Shown here in pieces: positions 9,248 through 22,424 of a DNA stretch of 64,000 bases. The stretch comes from Caulobacteraceae bacterium. GTDB lineage: Bacteria > Pseudomonadota > Alphaproteobacteria > Caulobacterales > Caulobacteraceae. Every line of letters begins with the position of its first letter. Positions within the stretch are counted from its first letter, which is position 1. The position numbers and the translations under genes are program-made. The stretch lies in contig DATGKF010000055.1 in assembly GCA_035294785.1 (NCBI GenBank), forward strand, positions 1,914 through 65,913, written 5' to 3'. Under the pieces are notes generated by a model. It saw nothing but the letters and a program-made list of their open reading frames with translations, made no database searches and was not told where the DNA came from.

Positions 9248-9316
9248 CCGCGAGGGGCTGACTATGGCGCCGTTCGACCGCGAAGTCGTCCAGCCCCCGC
9301 AGCGGCTGCGGCGGGC

Positions 9317-10525
9317 CTAAAACGCCGAGCCGCCCTTCGGCGTCCCCAGGCCCGTCGGGCCGTCGTAGCCGGCGCCGGCGGTGCAGAAGTAAGTGCCGCC
9401 GCAACTGCCGTTGGCCCCGCTGGTCACGTCGTTCAGCGAAGCGCCATGCGTATAGGGGTTGGCGCCATAGGTCACCGCGCCGCCGTTGTTGGCGTAGATG
9501 CCGCCGACCAGCGGCGCCGCGACGCTGGTGCCGCCAAACACGAGCCAGGCCGACGAGCGCGCGTTCGCCGGCCCGTAGACCGCGACGCCGGTGTAGGGGT
9601 CGGCGACAGCTGAGACGTCGGCCTCCATGCGCGTGGTGCACAGGGGATCGGTCTGCCAGCTCGGCTTCGCATAGACCTTGCTGCAACCGCTGCCGGCATC
9701 GGCCCAGGCCGTCTCCGACCAGCCGCGGGCGTTCGAGGCGCGGACGAGGCTGGTGCCGCCGACGGCGATCACGTGCGGGGAGGTGGCGGGAAACTGCGGC
9801 CCCGCGCCATAGCCGCTGTCGCCGGTCGAAGCGGTGATAGCGACGCCCGGGTGGTTGTAGGCGGCCTCGAAGCTCTGGGACCCGTTCTCGCCGCCGCCGT
9901 AGCTGTTGGAGATGACGTGCGCGCCCAGGGCCGCAGCGCGGTTCTCCGCCGCCGCCAGGTCGTTGTAGGTGGCCGAGTTCGCCTCGACGAGGATGATCTT
10001 GCAGTTCGGGCACATGGCGCTGGCCATGTCCAGGTCGAGGGCGGTCTCTTGCGCCCAGCCCGTGTTCTGCGACGGATAGCTCCCCTTCTGGCCGTTCTCA
10101 TTGTACTTGCCGAAGCACCCATTGGCGGTGGTGCAGGCCGGCAACCCGTACGTCGAGCGATAGGTGGCCAGGTCGCTCTCGGCGTTCGTGTAGCCGTAGG
10201 CGTCCACGATCGCGATCGTCGTCGCCGCGCTGCCGTTGGTGGTGATTGCGTAGGCGGCGTGCAAGTCGGAGGGGCCGTAGCCCTGAGGCACCAGCTGCGT
10301 GCGCGCATTTCGCTCGGTCAGGTTGGCCATGAAGCGATTGAGCAGCGCCGCGCCGCGCGAGTCGCTGACGATGTGAGCGTGGCAGCGCGCCACGCCGGGG
10401 CCGGTCGGTCCGCAGGCGCGCACGTGGAACACTTTGCCGGAAACCTGCACCTGCGCGGACGCGGTGGACGCGGCGGCCATGGCGATTGCGGCGGCAAGCA
10501 CCGCGGTCGTGGCGAAGCGGATCAT
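9317..10525 (-). CDS. Secreted S53 (sedolisin-like)/S8 clan serine peptidase
   Basis: Sec signal peptide; ETALD (Glu/Asp); STGDSG oxyanion Asp; GGTSVAAP catalytic Ser; GYDGPTGLGTP Ca-binding C-terminus. Confidence 0.88.
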   Translation of the reverse strand: MIRFATTAVLAAAIAMAAASTASAQVQVSGKVFHVRACGPTGPGVARCHAHIVSDSRGAALLNRFMANLTERNARTQLVPQGYGPSDLHAAYAITTNGSAATTIAIVDAYGYTNAESDLATYRSTYGLPACTTANGCFGKYNENGQKGSYPSQNTGWAQETALDLDMASAMCPNCKIILVEANSATYNDLAAAENRAAALGAHVISNSYGGGENGSQSFEAAYNHPGVAITASTGDSGYGAGPQFPATSPHVIAVGGTSLVRASNARGWSETAWADAGSGCSKVYAKPSWQTDPLCTTRMEADVSAVADPYTGVAVYGPANARSSAWLVFGGTSVAAPLVGGIYANNGGAVTYGANPYTHGASLNDVTSGANGSCGGTYFCTAGAGYDGPTGLGTPKGGSAF

Positions 10526-10602
10526 AGGGCCCCCCTGGGCGCGGGCGACGGGCGCCCGGGTGTCGACTGGCGAGATTTGCGCCGTACGTCGTCTCAGTCT
10601 AG

Positions 10603-12973
<2,371 letters not shown>

Positions 12974-12978
12974 TCGGC

Positions 12979-13731
12979 CTAGAGCCAGGCGGGCTCGAGG
13001 TTCGGAAAGATCTGCAACATCAGCCATTCCGGCAGGATGTACTGGGGCAGCGAGCGCGAGGCGTTCGCGCCGTGCACCACGTGCAGGCAGACTCCTGTGT
13101 GATCGTTGAGCAGGTGCAGGTTGAAGCCGTTGCCGAGGGCGCCCCAGACCAGCGGCGTGTCCTCGCCCCAGCCGCGCGCCGGAAAGGGCCCTGCCTCCCA
13201 GACCTTGCGCCGGAAGACGTAGCTGAAGCCGAATCCCAGGTGCAGATTGTTCGCCTCTTCGGTCTGCGGCAGCTGGATGAGGGGGGTCTCGGTGCTGTTC
13301 CACCAGGCGAAGTGCGGCCCGTCGCGCTTCATCAGGTCCCAATAGCCGCACTGCTTGACGAGCCGGTTGTAGACGAAAAAGGCGACCAGCTTGACGAAGT
13401 CGACCCCGCCATCACGCATCGGGGCGATCATCGTCTCGACGTAGGCTGGCGCGTAATAGTCGTCGTCGTCGAAGTGCACGATGACCGCGCCGCTGGCCTG
13501 TTCGACCGCCATATTGCGCTTGACGCCCAGCGGCGTGCGCTCGGCCAGATGCAGGTAGCGCACGCGCGGGTCGGCCAGACTCGCCATGAACAGCGAGGGC
13601 GTCGGGCTGTCGTCGACGACGATCCACTCGAGCGGCCCCACCGTCTGCGCGGCGAAGGCGGCATAGACCAGCGGCAGGAAGTCCGGCCGGTCGCACGTGG
13701 GCGTGATGACGCTGGCCAGGGGCTCCGGCAT
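12979..13731 (-). CDS. Family 2 (GT-A) glycosyltransferase
   Basis: SVITPT, EWIVVDD, LGVKRN, HFDDDDYY, GEDT motifs. ATG 13731 preferred over TTG 13767. Confidence 0.85.
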   Translation of the reverse strand: MPEPLASVITPTCDRPDFLPLVYAAFAAQTVGPLEWIVVDDSPTPSLFMASLADPRVRYLHLAERTPLGVKRNMAVEQASGAVIVHFDDDDYYAPAYVETMIAPMRDGGVDFVKLVAFFVYNRLVKQCGYWDLMKRDGPHFAWWNSTETPLIQLPQTEEANNLHLGFGFSYVFRRKVWEAGPFPARGWGEDTPLVWGALGNGFNLHLLNDHTGVCLHVVHGANASRSLPQYILPEWLMLQIFPNLEPAWL

Positions 13732-13788
13732 GGCCGGATTGGCGCCATGCCCCGGCGCGGCTGTCAAATCCTGGGCTGGCGCGTCGGC

Positions 13789-15234
13789 CTAGACGGCCTC
13801 GTCCAGCATCCCGTCCAGCCCCTGCTCGCGCACCTTGCGATAGAGCGTCGAGCGGCCGATGCCGAGGCGGCGCGCCACCTCGCTCATGTGGCCGGAATAG
13901 ATCTCGATCGCCAGCTGAATGAGGTCCCGCTCGATCTCCTCGAGCGTACGCAGGTGACCGCGGTCATCGAGGATGCGAACCGGCGCATCGGCCGGCATGT
14001 CGTCCAGAAGGCCCGCGCCGACGGCGGCTTCGCGCGGCGCGGCGTCCGGCGGCGGCCCGTTCAGGCCGGAGATGGCGGGGAAGTCGTAGGCCTGCAGATA
14101 GGGCGCGTCGGCCAGCACGATGGCGCGATAGACCGCGTTCTCCAGCTGGCGGACGTTGCCCGGCCATTCGTGCGCCTGCAGCATGGCCATGGTCTCGGGC
14201 GAGACGCCCTGCACGCGCTTGCCTTCCTCGACGTTGAAGCGGCGCACGAAGTGGTCGACCAGGCCGGGGATGTCCTCGCGCCGCTCGCGCAGGGGCGGCA
14301 GCTCGATCGGGAAGACGTTCAAGCGGTAGTAGAGGTCCTCGCGGAAGCGGCCCTCGGCCACCTGCTGCGCCAGATCGCGGTTGGTGGCGGAGATGATGCG
14401 GACGTCGACGCGGGTTGGGCGCTTGGAGCCGATCGCGTCCACCTCGCCTTCCTGCAGCACGCGCAGCAGCTTGACCTGCATGTCGAGCGGAAGTTCGCCG
14501 ATCTCGTCCAGGAACATCACGCCGCCGTTCGCTTCCTGGAACTTGCCCAGGTGCTTGTCTGTGGCGCCGGTGAAGCTGCCCTTTTCGTGGCCGAACAGAA
14601 TGGACTCGACCAGGTTCTCCGGGATGGCGCCGCAATTGACGGTCACCAGCGGCTTGCCGGCGCGATCGGAACCGCCGTGCACGGCGCGAGCGATCTGCTC
14701 CTTGCCGACGCCGCTTTCGCCAAGCAGCAGGATCGGGATCTGCGACTTCGCCGCCCGCTCCCCCAGGCGTATCACGTGCAGCATCGAGGGCGCCTCGGCG
14801 ATCAGGTCGGCGAAGGTGATGCGCCCGGACGCCTTCTTGGTCAGCCGGTCGACCTCGCCCTTCAGTTCGCCCATCTGCAGCGCGTTGCGGATCGAGACCA
14901 TGATCCGCTCCGGCGAAGCCGGCTTGACGAAGAAGTCCTGCGCGCCGGCCTGCATGGCCTTCACCACCGTGTCGATGCCGCCGGTCGCTGTCAGCACCAC
15001 CACCGGCTGGCGAAAGCCGCGACCGCGCAGTTCCTTCAGCGTCTCCAGGCCGCCGAGGCCGGGCATGTTCAGGTCGAGCATGATCGCGTCGGCCGCGCCG
15101 CCGGCCACCAGGCGGTCGATCGCCTGCTCGCCGGTTTCGGCATGGGCCACGGCCAGCCCCTCGCGCTCCAGAACGGCCTGGATCAGCCGGCGCTGGGTCG
15201 GGTCGTCATCGACGACGAGAACGGTCTTGGCCAT
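13789..15234 (-). CDS. tacA: Sigma54-dependent response regulator TacA (NtrC family)
   Basis: [22 protein letters not shown] receiver; GESGVGKE; GSFTGA; [12 protein letters not shown]; Fis-type [23 protein letters not shown]. Matches my recollection of Caulobacter TacA. Confidence 0.88.
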   Translation of the reverse strand: MAKTVLVVDDDPTQRRLIQAVLEREGLAVAHAETGEQAIDRLVAGGAADAIMLDLNMPGLGGLETLKELRGRGFRQPVVVLTATGGIDTVVKAMQAGAQDFFVKPASPERIMVSIRNALQMGELKGEVDRLTKKASGRITFADLIAEAPSMLHVIRLGERAAKSQIPILLLGESGVGKEQIARAVHGGSDRAGKPLVTVNCGAIPENLVESILFGHEKGSFTGATDKHLGKFQEANGGVMFLDEIGELPLDMQVKLLRVLQEGEVDAIGSKRPTRVDVRIISATNRDLAQQVAEGRFREDLYYRLNVFPIELPPLRERREDIPGLVDHFVRRFNVEEGKRVQGVSPETMAMLQAHEWPGNVRQLENAVYRAIVLADAPYLQAYDFPAISGLNGPPPDAAPREAAVGAGLLDDMPADAPVRILDDRGHLRTLEEIERDLIQLAIEIYSGHMSEVARRLGIGRSTLYRKVREQGLDGMLDEAV

Positions 15235-15406
15235 CAGGTACGCACCCACCGAAATGCGCGCTGTCCTCGATTGGGACAGCGCTTGATTTGTCCCGTTTTA
15301 GGGCGCCGGCGGTAAAGGCGGGGTTTCGCAGACCTGAGCAGGAGGTTAACGGCGCGCGCCGGCGGCTTTCGTTTGCGGGCGTCCCGCGCGCGGGCCAAAA
15401 GGGGGC

Positions 15407-17209
15407 ATGAGCGCCCTTGCCAAGTCCGAGGCGGCGGAAACGCTTCCGCCCGAATGGCGCCTCGACGACCTATTCGCCGGCCGCGACGACCCGCGCGTCG
15501 CGGCCACGCTCGACGACGCCGGCGCCGTCACCGGGAGGCTGGCTCAGCTCGAAGGCCAGTTCATCGCCGCGCGCGACGATCCCCAGCGGCTGGGCGGCCT
15601 GATCGCCGAGGGCGTCGACCTCTACGAACAGGCGACGAACAGGCTCTGGGCGGTCGGCGCCTATGCTTCGCTGGCGGCCTCGGTGGCGCGCGACGATCCC
15701 GCCTGGTCGAAGTTCGAGGCCGACATCCGCGCCAGGTCGTCACAGATCGGAGCGGAGGCGCTCTTTTTCACCCTGGAGCTGAACGCGCTGACCGAGACCG
15801 AGATCGAGGCGGCGCTGTCCGCCGCGCCGGCGGCGGCGCGCTGGCGGCCGTGGCTTCGGCGCGTTCGGCTTGGCCGCCCGCACGAACTCGACGCGCCGCT
15901 CGAGCGTCTGCTGCTCGACCGCGCCCCGGCGCTGGCCAACTGGACCCGGCTCTACGACGAAACCCTGGGCCGCCTCGCCGTCCGCGCCGGGCGCGAAAGC
16001 CTGACGCTGGCGCAGGCGTTGAACCGCCTCTCCGACCCCGACGCTGGCCGCCGCAAGCAGGCGGCGAGCGGCCTCTCGCGCGCGCTCGAGGCGCAGGCCC
16101 CTGTACTTGGCCTTTGCCTCAACACCGTCGCGCTCGAGAAACAGGTCGAGGACCGCTGGCGCAAGTTCGCCGACCCGGCGGCGTCCCGGCACCTGTCGAA
16201 CGAGGTCGACGCCGAAGCCGTCCACGCGCTCGAGGCCGCCGTAGTCGAGCGATACCCCTCGATCTCGCATCGCTACTACCGGCTGAAGGCGCGCATCCTG
16301 GGCAAGCCGGCCCTTGACCACTGGGACCGCAACGCGCCGCTCGATACAGGGCCGCAGCGCCGCTACGCCTGGGACGAGGCCAAGGCGATCGTTCTCGACG
16401 CTTACGCGGGTTTGAGCCCCGCGTTCGCCGGTCATGCGCGGACCTTCTTCGATCGTCCATGGATCGACGCGCGACCCAGGGCCGGTAAGTCGTCGGGCGC
16501 CTATTCCCACCCTGTGACGTCCGAGCGGCACCCTTACGTCTTCCTCAACTACATGGGCGAGCGGCGCGATGTGCTGACCTTGGCGCACGAACTCGGCCAC
16601 GCGGTGCACCAGACGCTCGCCGCGCCGCTCGGCACGCTGCTCGCCGACACGCCGCTGACCCTGGCCGAGACCGCCTCCATCTTCGGCGAGGGGCTGGTGT
16701 TCGAGAGGCTCCTGGCCGAGGCGGCGCCAGCCGAGCGGCGCGCTCTTCTGGCCGGCAAGATCGAGGACGCGCTCAACACCATCGTGCGCCAGATCGCCTT
16801 CCACCGGTTCGAGACCCGCTTCCATGCGGCGCGCTGCGATGGCGAGTTGGCGGCCGACGACATCGCCGCGCTCTGGCTGGACGTGATGGGCGAGAGCCTC
16901 GGCCCGGCCGTGCGTCTCAATCGCGGCTACGAGGTCTACTGGGCCTACGTCAGCCACTTCGTGCACGCGCCCTTCTACGTCTACGCCTACGCCTTCGGGA
17001 ACCTGTTGGTCGAGGCGCTGATGGCCGCGCGGCAGGCCGACCCCAGCGGCTTTACGCCGCGCTACGAGGAATTGCTGGCCTCCGGCGGCGCGCAAACCTA
17101 TGTCGAAGCCTTGCGGCCATTCGGCCTCGACCCCAAAACAAAGGCGTTCTGGGACGCCGGCTGCCAGCGGATCGAGCGGCTGGTCGACGAATTCGAAGGG
17201 CTGGTTTGA
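15407..17209 (+). CDS. pepF: M3 family oligoendopeptidase F
   Basis: WRLDDL N-terminus; GKSSGAY; LAHELGH zinc motif; AETASIFGE; HFVHAPFYVYAYAFG. Confidence 0.92.
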   Translation: MSALAKSEAAETLPPEWRLDDLFAGRDDPRVAATLDDAGAVTGRLAQLEGQFIAARDDPQRLGGLIAEGVDLYEQATNRLWAVGAYASLAASVARDDPAWSKFEADIRARSSQIGAEALFFTLELNALTETEIEAALSAAPAAARWRPWLRRVRLGRPHELDAPLERLLLDRAPALANWTRLYDETLGRLAVRAGRESLTLAQALNRLSDPDAGRRKQAASGLSRALEAQAPVLGLCLNTVALEKQVEDRWRKFADPAASRHLSNEVDAEAVHALEAAVVERYPSISHRYYRLKARILGKPALDHWDRNAPLDTGPQRRYAWDEAKAIVLDAYAGLSPAFAGHARTFFDRPWIDARPRAGKSSGAYSHPVTSERHPYVFLNYMGERRDVLTLAHELGHAVHQTLAAPLGTLLADTPLTLAETASIFGEGLVFERLLAEAAPAERRALLAGKIEDALNTIVRQIAFHRFETRFHAARCDGELAADDIAALWLDVMGESLGPAVRLNRGYEVYWAYVSHFVHAPFYVYAYAFGNLLVEALMAARQADPSGFTPRYEELLASGGAQTYVEALRPFGLDPKTKAFWDAGCQRIERLVDEFEGLV

Positions 17210-17276
17210 GCCGACAAGGATTATTGACCGCGCGGTCTAAGCATCGGCGCGCGCATTGAATTTCTCGAGGATTGGA

Positions 17277-18263
17277 ATGCCTGACGACCGGACGGCTCCC
17301 GACAACCAAGGCCAGGTCATGCCCTGGGACGAGCGCGGCGAGGCGGTGCTGGCGCCGTTCAACGGCGAGTCGCCGCCGGCGCCGGACTGGTTCACCTGGG
17401 CCGTCGCCCAGCCCCCGGAGCGGTCGTTCGTCCCCGTCGACGGGGCCAACATCGAGCTCTTGGCCTGGGGCGAGCGCGGCAAGCCGGGCCTCATCCTCGT
17501 CCACGGCAACAGCGCCCACGCCGACTGGTGGAGCTTCATCGCCCCTTATTTGGCCGAGGACTACCGGGTGGCGGCGATCTCGCTCTCGGGCATGGGCGCG
17601 TCCGACTGGCGCGACGCCTATTCCTTCGAAGTCTTCGCCCAGGAGCTGCGCGGCGGAGCCCAGGCGGCCGGCCTCTATGACGCGCCGGTCAAGCCGGTCT
17701 TCATCGGCCATTCGTTCGGCGGCTCGCAGGTCTTCTTCGCCGCCCGGCGCTATCCGGAGTGGATGCGCGGCGCGATCCTGGTCGACACCGGCTTCGGCGG
17801 GCCGCCGCCGGCCGCCGAGGGTTTCCGTCAGCCCCAGCGGCGCGTGACGCCCAATCGCGTCTATCCGACGCTCGCCGCGGCCCTCGCCCGCTTCCGCTTC
17901 ATGCCGCCGCAAGGCTGCGAGAACGTCTACATCGCCGATTTCATCGCCCGCCACTCGCTGAAGCGCGCGCCGATGGAGGAGGGCGGGGAGGAGGGCTGGA
18001 CCTGGCGCTTCGATCCGCAGCTCTGGTCCAAGCTCGACCGCGCGGTCATGTCCGACATGGCGCTGGAAGAGAGCATCACCCCGCTGATCCACATCTTCGG
18101 CGAGAATTCCAAGATCATGAGCCGCGTCGCCCAAGGCGATCCGCATGGTCTCTTGAGCGGCTTGCACAGCGTCGTCATCCCCGATTCCGAGCACCACATC
18201 ATGGTCGACCAGCCGCTGGCGCTGGTCGCCGCCATCCGCGCGGTGCTCGCGGTCTGGCCCTAA
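17277..18263 (+). CDS. Alpha/beta hydrolase
   Basis: HGNSAHADWW; GHSFGG nucleophile elbow; HHIMVDQP. Confidence 0.88.
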   Translation: MPDDRTAPDNQGQVMPWDERGEAVLAPFNGESPPAPDWFTWAVAQPPERSFVPVDGANIELLAWGERGKPGLILVHGNSAHADWWSFIAPYLAEDYRVAAISLSGMGASDWRDAYSFEVFAQELRGGAQAAGLYDAPVKPVFIGHSFGGSQVFFAARRYPEWMRGAILVDTGFGGPPPAAEGFRQPQRRVTPNRVYPTLAAALARFRFMPPQGCENVYIADFIARHSLKRAPMEEGGEEGWTWRFDPQLWSKLDRAVMSDMALEESITPLIHIFGENSKIMSRVAQGDPHGLLSGLHSVVIPDSEHHIMVDQPLALVAAIRAVLAVWP

Positions 18264-18367
18264 GCCGGGGCGACGCTGCGGAACCCGGTCCAGCCGCCTT
18301 GAGCGGCGCGCCGCATTGGTATAGTCGCCACCCCAAAGCGCGTGGGCGTCAGTAAGAAGGATTCGCC

Positions 18368-18604
18368 ATGGCCGAGACGGCTTCGGACTACCAACACGGC
18401 GAACAGGACATCCACGAGCAGCAGGCGACCTTCCGGCAGGTGATCTTCGCGACCAAGTGGTCGGTGCTTTACCTCGCCGCGTTCATCACCCTCCTGACCC
18501 TCTGGTTCTGCACGGCGGCCGGGTTCTGGCAGGGACTGCTCGCGGCCATCGTCATCCTCATTGTCGGAACCATCGCCCTGAGGGAGCGGCCGTCGGCGCA
18601 CTAA
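18368..18604 (+). CDS. aa3-type cytochrome c oxidase subunit IV
   Basis: DYQHGEQDIHEQQATF motif plus two TM helices; usual position upstream of pnt in alphaproteobacteria. Confidence 0.8.
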   Translation: MAETASDYQHGEQDIHEQQATFRQVIFATKWSVLYLAAFITLLTLWFCTAAGFWQGLLAAIVILIVGTIALRERPSAH

Positions 18605-18651
18605 AAGGGTTGTCCGGCGCGCCGGCCGGCTTCGAGAGGTGTTGAGAGGGC

Positions 18652-19788
18652 ATGGGCGCGCGCGTCGCCGTCACAAAGGAACGTCGTCTCGGCGAGACGC
18701 GGGTCGCAGCGACTCCGGACACGGTCCGGAAGCTGGTCGAGCTTGGCCTCTCCGTTGCGGTGGAGACGTCGGCCGGCGTCGCCGCCGCCTTCCCTGACGA
18801 GGGCTACCGCGCCGCGGGCGCTGAGGTCGCGCACAGCGCCGGCGCGGCGGTCAAGGACGCCGACATCGTGCTGAAGGTGCGTGCGCCGGCCTCAGACGAG
18901 ATCGCCCGCTTCAAGCCCGGCGCGATCCTGGTCGGGCTGCTCAACCCCTACAACGACCAGGGGCTGGTGTCCTCGCTGGCCCAGGCCGGCGTCTCCGCTT
19001 TCGCCATGGAGCTGGTGCCGCGCATCACCCGCGCCCAGGTGATGGATGCGCTCTCCAGCCAGGCGAACCTGGCCGGCTATCGGGCGGTGATCGAGGCGGC
19101 GCAGGTCTACGGCCGCGCCTTTCCGCTGATGATGACGGCGGCGGGCACGGTCGCGGCGGCGAAGGTGTTCGTGATGGGCGCCGGCGTCGCCGGACTGCAG
19201 GCGATCGCGACCGCGCGGCGGCTCGGCGCCGTGGTGACGGCGACCGACGTTCGCCCGGTCGCCCGCGAACAGGTCGAGAGCCTGGGCGCGAAGTTCATCG
19301 CGGTCGAGAACGACGAGTTCAAAGCCGCCGAAACCGCCGGCGGCTACGCCAAGGAGATGAGCGCTGAATACCAGGCGCAGCAGGCCGCGCTCGTGTCCGA
19401 TCATATCAAGAAGCAGGACATCGTCATCACCACCGCCCTCATTCCCGGCCGCCCGGCGCCCAAGCTCGTCTCGGAGGAGCAGGTCGCGTCGATGAAGCCG
19501 GGCTCGGTGCTCGTCGATCTCGCCGTCGAACAGGGGGGCAACGTGGCGGGCAGCCAGGCGGACAAGATCGTCGACGTCGCCGGGGTGAAGATCGCTGGCT
19601 ACCTCAACCTGCCCGGCCGCATGGCCGCCGACGCCTCCAGCCTTTACGCCAAGAACCTGCTCGCCTTCGTCGGCCTGCTGGTCGACAAGACCGGCGCGCT
19701 TGCTCCCGACCTCGACGACGAGATCCTCAAGGCGGCGCTGATCACCCACGCGGGCGCCCAGGCGCAAGCCCAGTTCGACGCGGCTTGA
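18652..19788 (+). CDS. pntA: NAD(P) transhydrogenase alpha subunit part 1
   Basis: ETRVAATP; PRITRAQVMDALSSQANLAGY; GAGVAGLQAI; GGYAKE; TTALIPG. Confidence 0.95.
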   Translation: MGARVAVTKERRLGETRVAATPDTVRKLVELGLSVAVETSAGVAAAFPDEGYRAAGAEVAHSAGAAVKDADIVLKVRAPASDEIARFKPGAILVGLLNPYNDQGLVSSLAQAGVSAFAMELVPRITRAQVMDALSSQANLAGYRAVIEAAQVYGRAFPLMMTAAGTVAAAKVFVMGAGVAGLQAIATARRLGAVVTATDVRPVAREQVESLGAKFIAVENDEFKAAETAGGYAKEMSAEYQAQQAALVSDHIKKQDIVITTALIPGRPAPKLVSEEQVASMKPGSVLVDLAVEQGGNVAGSQADKIVDVAGVKIAGYLNLPGRMAADASSLYAKNLLAFVGLLVDKTGALAPDLDDEILKAALITHAGAQAQAQFDAA

Positions 19789-19817
19789 GAATGGCGGGGA
19801 GGGGCTAGAGGCCGAGC

Positions 19818-20126
19818 ATGGACGTCGATCCGACCGTCTTTCGTCTGGCGATCTTCGTGCTCGCCATCTTCGTCGGCTACTACGTGGTCTGGAGCGTGAC
19901 GCCGGCGCTGCACACGCCGCTGATGGCGGTCACCAACGCCATCTCGTCGGTGATCATCGTCGGCGCGCTCCTGGCCGCCGCCGCGCACGGCGCGGGGCGC
20001 GGCATCTGGCTCTCGAAGGGCGCCGGGGCGGCCGCTGCGGCGCTCGCCTCGGTCAACATCTTCGGCGGTTTCCTGGTCACCCAGCGCATGCTGGCCATGT
20101 ACCGGCGCAAGGATCGCGCGCCGTGA
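19818..20126 (+). CDS. pntA: NAD(P) transhydrogenase alpha subunit part 2
   Basis: [18 protein letters not shown]; [13 protein letters not shown]. Confidence 0.95.
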   Translation: MDVDPTVFRLAIFVLAIFVGYYVVWSVTPALHTPLMAVTNAISSVIIVGALLAAAAHGAGRGIWLSKGAGAAAAALASVNIFGGFLVTQRMLAMYRRKDRAP

Positions 20127-21532
20127 ACGCGAGCCTGGCCGCGCTTGCCTACATCGTCTCGGGCGTCCTCTTCATCCTGGCGCTGCGTGGGCTGTCCAGC
20201 CCCGAGACCAGCCGGCGCGGCAACCAGCTCGGCATGCTGGGGATGGCGATCGCCATCGGCACGACGCTGGCCATCCTCTGGCGCAGCGGCGGACTCGACG
20301 GCGTCACTCTGGCGCTGATCGGCGGCGGCATCGCCGTCGGCGGCGGCGTCGGCGCGGTGGTCGCCCGGCGCGTCCAGATGACGGCGATGCCTCAGCTCGT
20401 CGCCGCCTTCCACTCGCTCGTCGGCCTGGCCGCCTGCCTGGTCGCCGCCGCCGCCCTCTATGCGCCGGCCGCCTACGGCATCGCCGAGGCGCATGGCGTG
20501 AAGCTCGAGAGCCTGATCGAGCTTTCGGTCGGCGTCGCCATCGGCGCGGTCACCTTCACCGGCTCGCTGATCGCCTTCGCCAAGCTGAATGGCAACATGA
20601 GCGGCGCGCCGATCCTGCTGCCCGCCCGCCATGCGCTGAATATCGCCCTGGCGCTGGCGCTGGTGTCCCTGATCGCGGTGCTGGCGACCAGCGGCGGCGA
20701 CGCCAAATGGGCGTTCTGGGCCGTCTTCGCGCTGGCGCTGATCATCGGGATCACCCTGATCATCCCGATCGGCGGGGCCGACATGCCGGTCGTCGTCTCG
20801 ATGCTGAACAGCTATTCCGGCTGGGCGGCGGCGGCGCTGGGCTTCACGCTCGCCAACATCACCCTCATCATCACCGGCGCGCTGGTCGGCTCGTCCGGGG
20901 CCATCCTCTCCTACATCATGTGCAAGGGGATGAACCGGTCCTTCATCTCCGTGATCCTGGGCGGTTTCGGCGGCGAGACCGTCGCATCGGCGGGTCCGGC
21001 GGAGACGCGGCCGGTCAAGCAAGGCTCGGCCGAGGACGCCGCCTTCATCATGAAGAACGCCTCCAAGGTCATCATCGTCCCCGGCTACGGCATGGCGGTC
21101 GCGCAGGCCCAGCACGCGCTGCGCGAGATGGCCGACAAGCTGAAGGCCGAGGGCGTCGAGGTGAAGTACGCCATCCACCCCGTCGCCGGCCGCATGCCCG
21201 GCCACATGAACGTGCTCCTGGCCGAAGCCAACGTGCCCTACGACGAGGTGTTTGAGCTCGACGACATCAACGCCGAGTTCCCCTCGACCGACGTCGCCTT
21301 CGTCATCGGGGCCAACGACGTCACGAACCCGGCCGCCAAGACCGATCCCACCTCGCCCATCTTCGGCATGCCGATCCTCGACGTCGAAAAGGCGCGCACC
21401 GTCCTTTTCGTCAAACGCGGCATGGGCTCTGGCTATGCTGGCGTCGAGAACGAACTCTTCTTCCGCAACAACACCATGATGCTGTTCGCCGACGCCAAGA
21501 AGATGGTCGAAGGCATCCTGAAGGCCCTCTGA
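20123..21532 (+). CDS. pntB: NAD(P) transhydrogenase beta subunit
   Basis: [10 protein letters not shown]; [18 protein letters not shown]; [18 protein letters not shown]; GANDVTNP. Confidence 0.97.
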   Translation: MNASLAALAYIVSGVLFILALRGLSSPETSRRGNQLGMLGMAIAIGTTLAILWRSGGLDGVTLALIGGGIAVGGGVGAVVARRVQMTAMPQLVAAFHSLVGLAACLVAAAALYAPAAYGIAEAHGVKLESLIELSVGVAIGAVTFTGSLIAFAKLNGNMSGAPILLPARHALNIALALALVSLIAVLATSGGDAKWAFWAVFALALIIGITLIIPIGGADMPVVVSMLNSYSGWAAAALGFTLANITLIITGALVGSSGAILSYIMCKGMNRSFISVILGGFGGETVASAGPAETRPVKQGSAEDAAFIMKNASKVIIVPGYGMAVAQAQHALREMADKLKAEGVEVKYAIHPVAGRMPGHMNVLLAEANVPYDEVFELDDINAEFPSTDVAFVIGANDVTNPAAKTDPTSPIFGMPILDVEKARTVLFVKRGMGSGYAGVENELFFRNNTMMLFADAKKMVEGILKAL

Positions 21533-22392
21533 TGCCAAGGCCCGCGCCCCGCGGGCGGATGGTCGACGTCGCCGGCCGACGCCTGCACCTGGTGGCGGCC
21601 GGACCGCCGTCAGGCGAGCCGCTCGTGGTCCTCGAAGCCGGCTCCTATGGCGCGTCGGCGGACTGGGCGGCGGTGCAGGCGCTGCTGACCGTCGGCGGCG
21701 TCCGCTCGCTCGCCTACGACCGCGCCGGTCTCGGCCTCTCCGACCCCGGTCCCAGTCCCCGCGACGGGGTGGCCATCGCCGCCGATCTCGAACGCCTGCT
21801 GGCGGCGTTAGGCGAGGCCGGGCCGCTCGTTCTCGTCGGCCACTCCATGGCCGGGCTGCACGTGCGCCTGTTCGCCGGCCGCAATCCGGCGCGCATCGCC
21901 GGCCTCGTTCTCGTCGACGCGTTCACGCCGGAGATGGCCAAAGACCCCCGCATCGCCGCCGGCGCGCGGGGCTACGGGCGCCTCGCCCGGCTCTCGGCCG
22001 CGGCGACCGCGCTCGGGCTCATTAGACCCTTCGGTCCTTTCGGCGATTCGATCGGCGTCGAGGGCGAGGCCCATGCCCACAAGCTCTGGACCTTCGGCAA
22101 CGCCGGCCACACCCGCGCCGCGGCCGACGAGATCCTCGCCTGGCCGTTCACGGCCGCACAGGCGCTGGCGGTCGGCCCCGCCGACCCCGCTTGGCCGGTC
22201 GCCGTCGTCACCGCGTCGGCCGAGCGCCGGCTGCCCGCCTTCCGCGCCCTGCAGGCGGCGGCGGCCAGCGCCTCGGCGCGCGGCCGCGTCGACCACGTCG
22301 CCGGCGCCCGGCACGCCAGCCTGCTCGGCCCCCGCTATGCGCACCATGTCGTCGGCGGAATTGAACACGTCCTTAAGACGCTCCACGCTTAA
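21532..22392 (+). CDS. Alpha/beta hydrolase
   Basis: YDRAGLG; GHSMAG; overlaps the pntB stop. Confidence 0.85.
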   Translation: MPRPAPRGRMVDVAGRRLHLVAAGPPSGEPLVVLEAGSYGASADWAAVQALLTVGGVRSLAYDRAGLGLSDPGPSPRDGVAIAADLERLLAALGEAGPLVLVGHSMAGLHVRLFAGRNPARIAGLVLVDAFTPEMAKDPRIAAGARGYGRLARLSAAATALGLIRPFGPFGDSIGVEGEAHAHKLWTFGNAGHTRAAADEILAWPFTAAQALAVGPADPAWPVAVVTASAERRLPAFRALQAAAASASARGRVDHVAGARHASLLGPRYAHHVVGGIEHVLKTLHA

Positions 22393-22424
22393 TGCGCGCC
22401 GGACGGAGCGGGAGCGGCTGACGG

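Noticed and set aside
18652-21532. Split pntA as a frameshift or pseudogene
   Set aside because: The three-gene pntAa/pntAb/pntB arrangement is standard in alphaproteobacteria.
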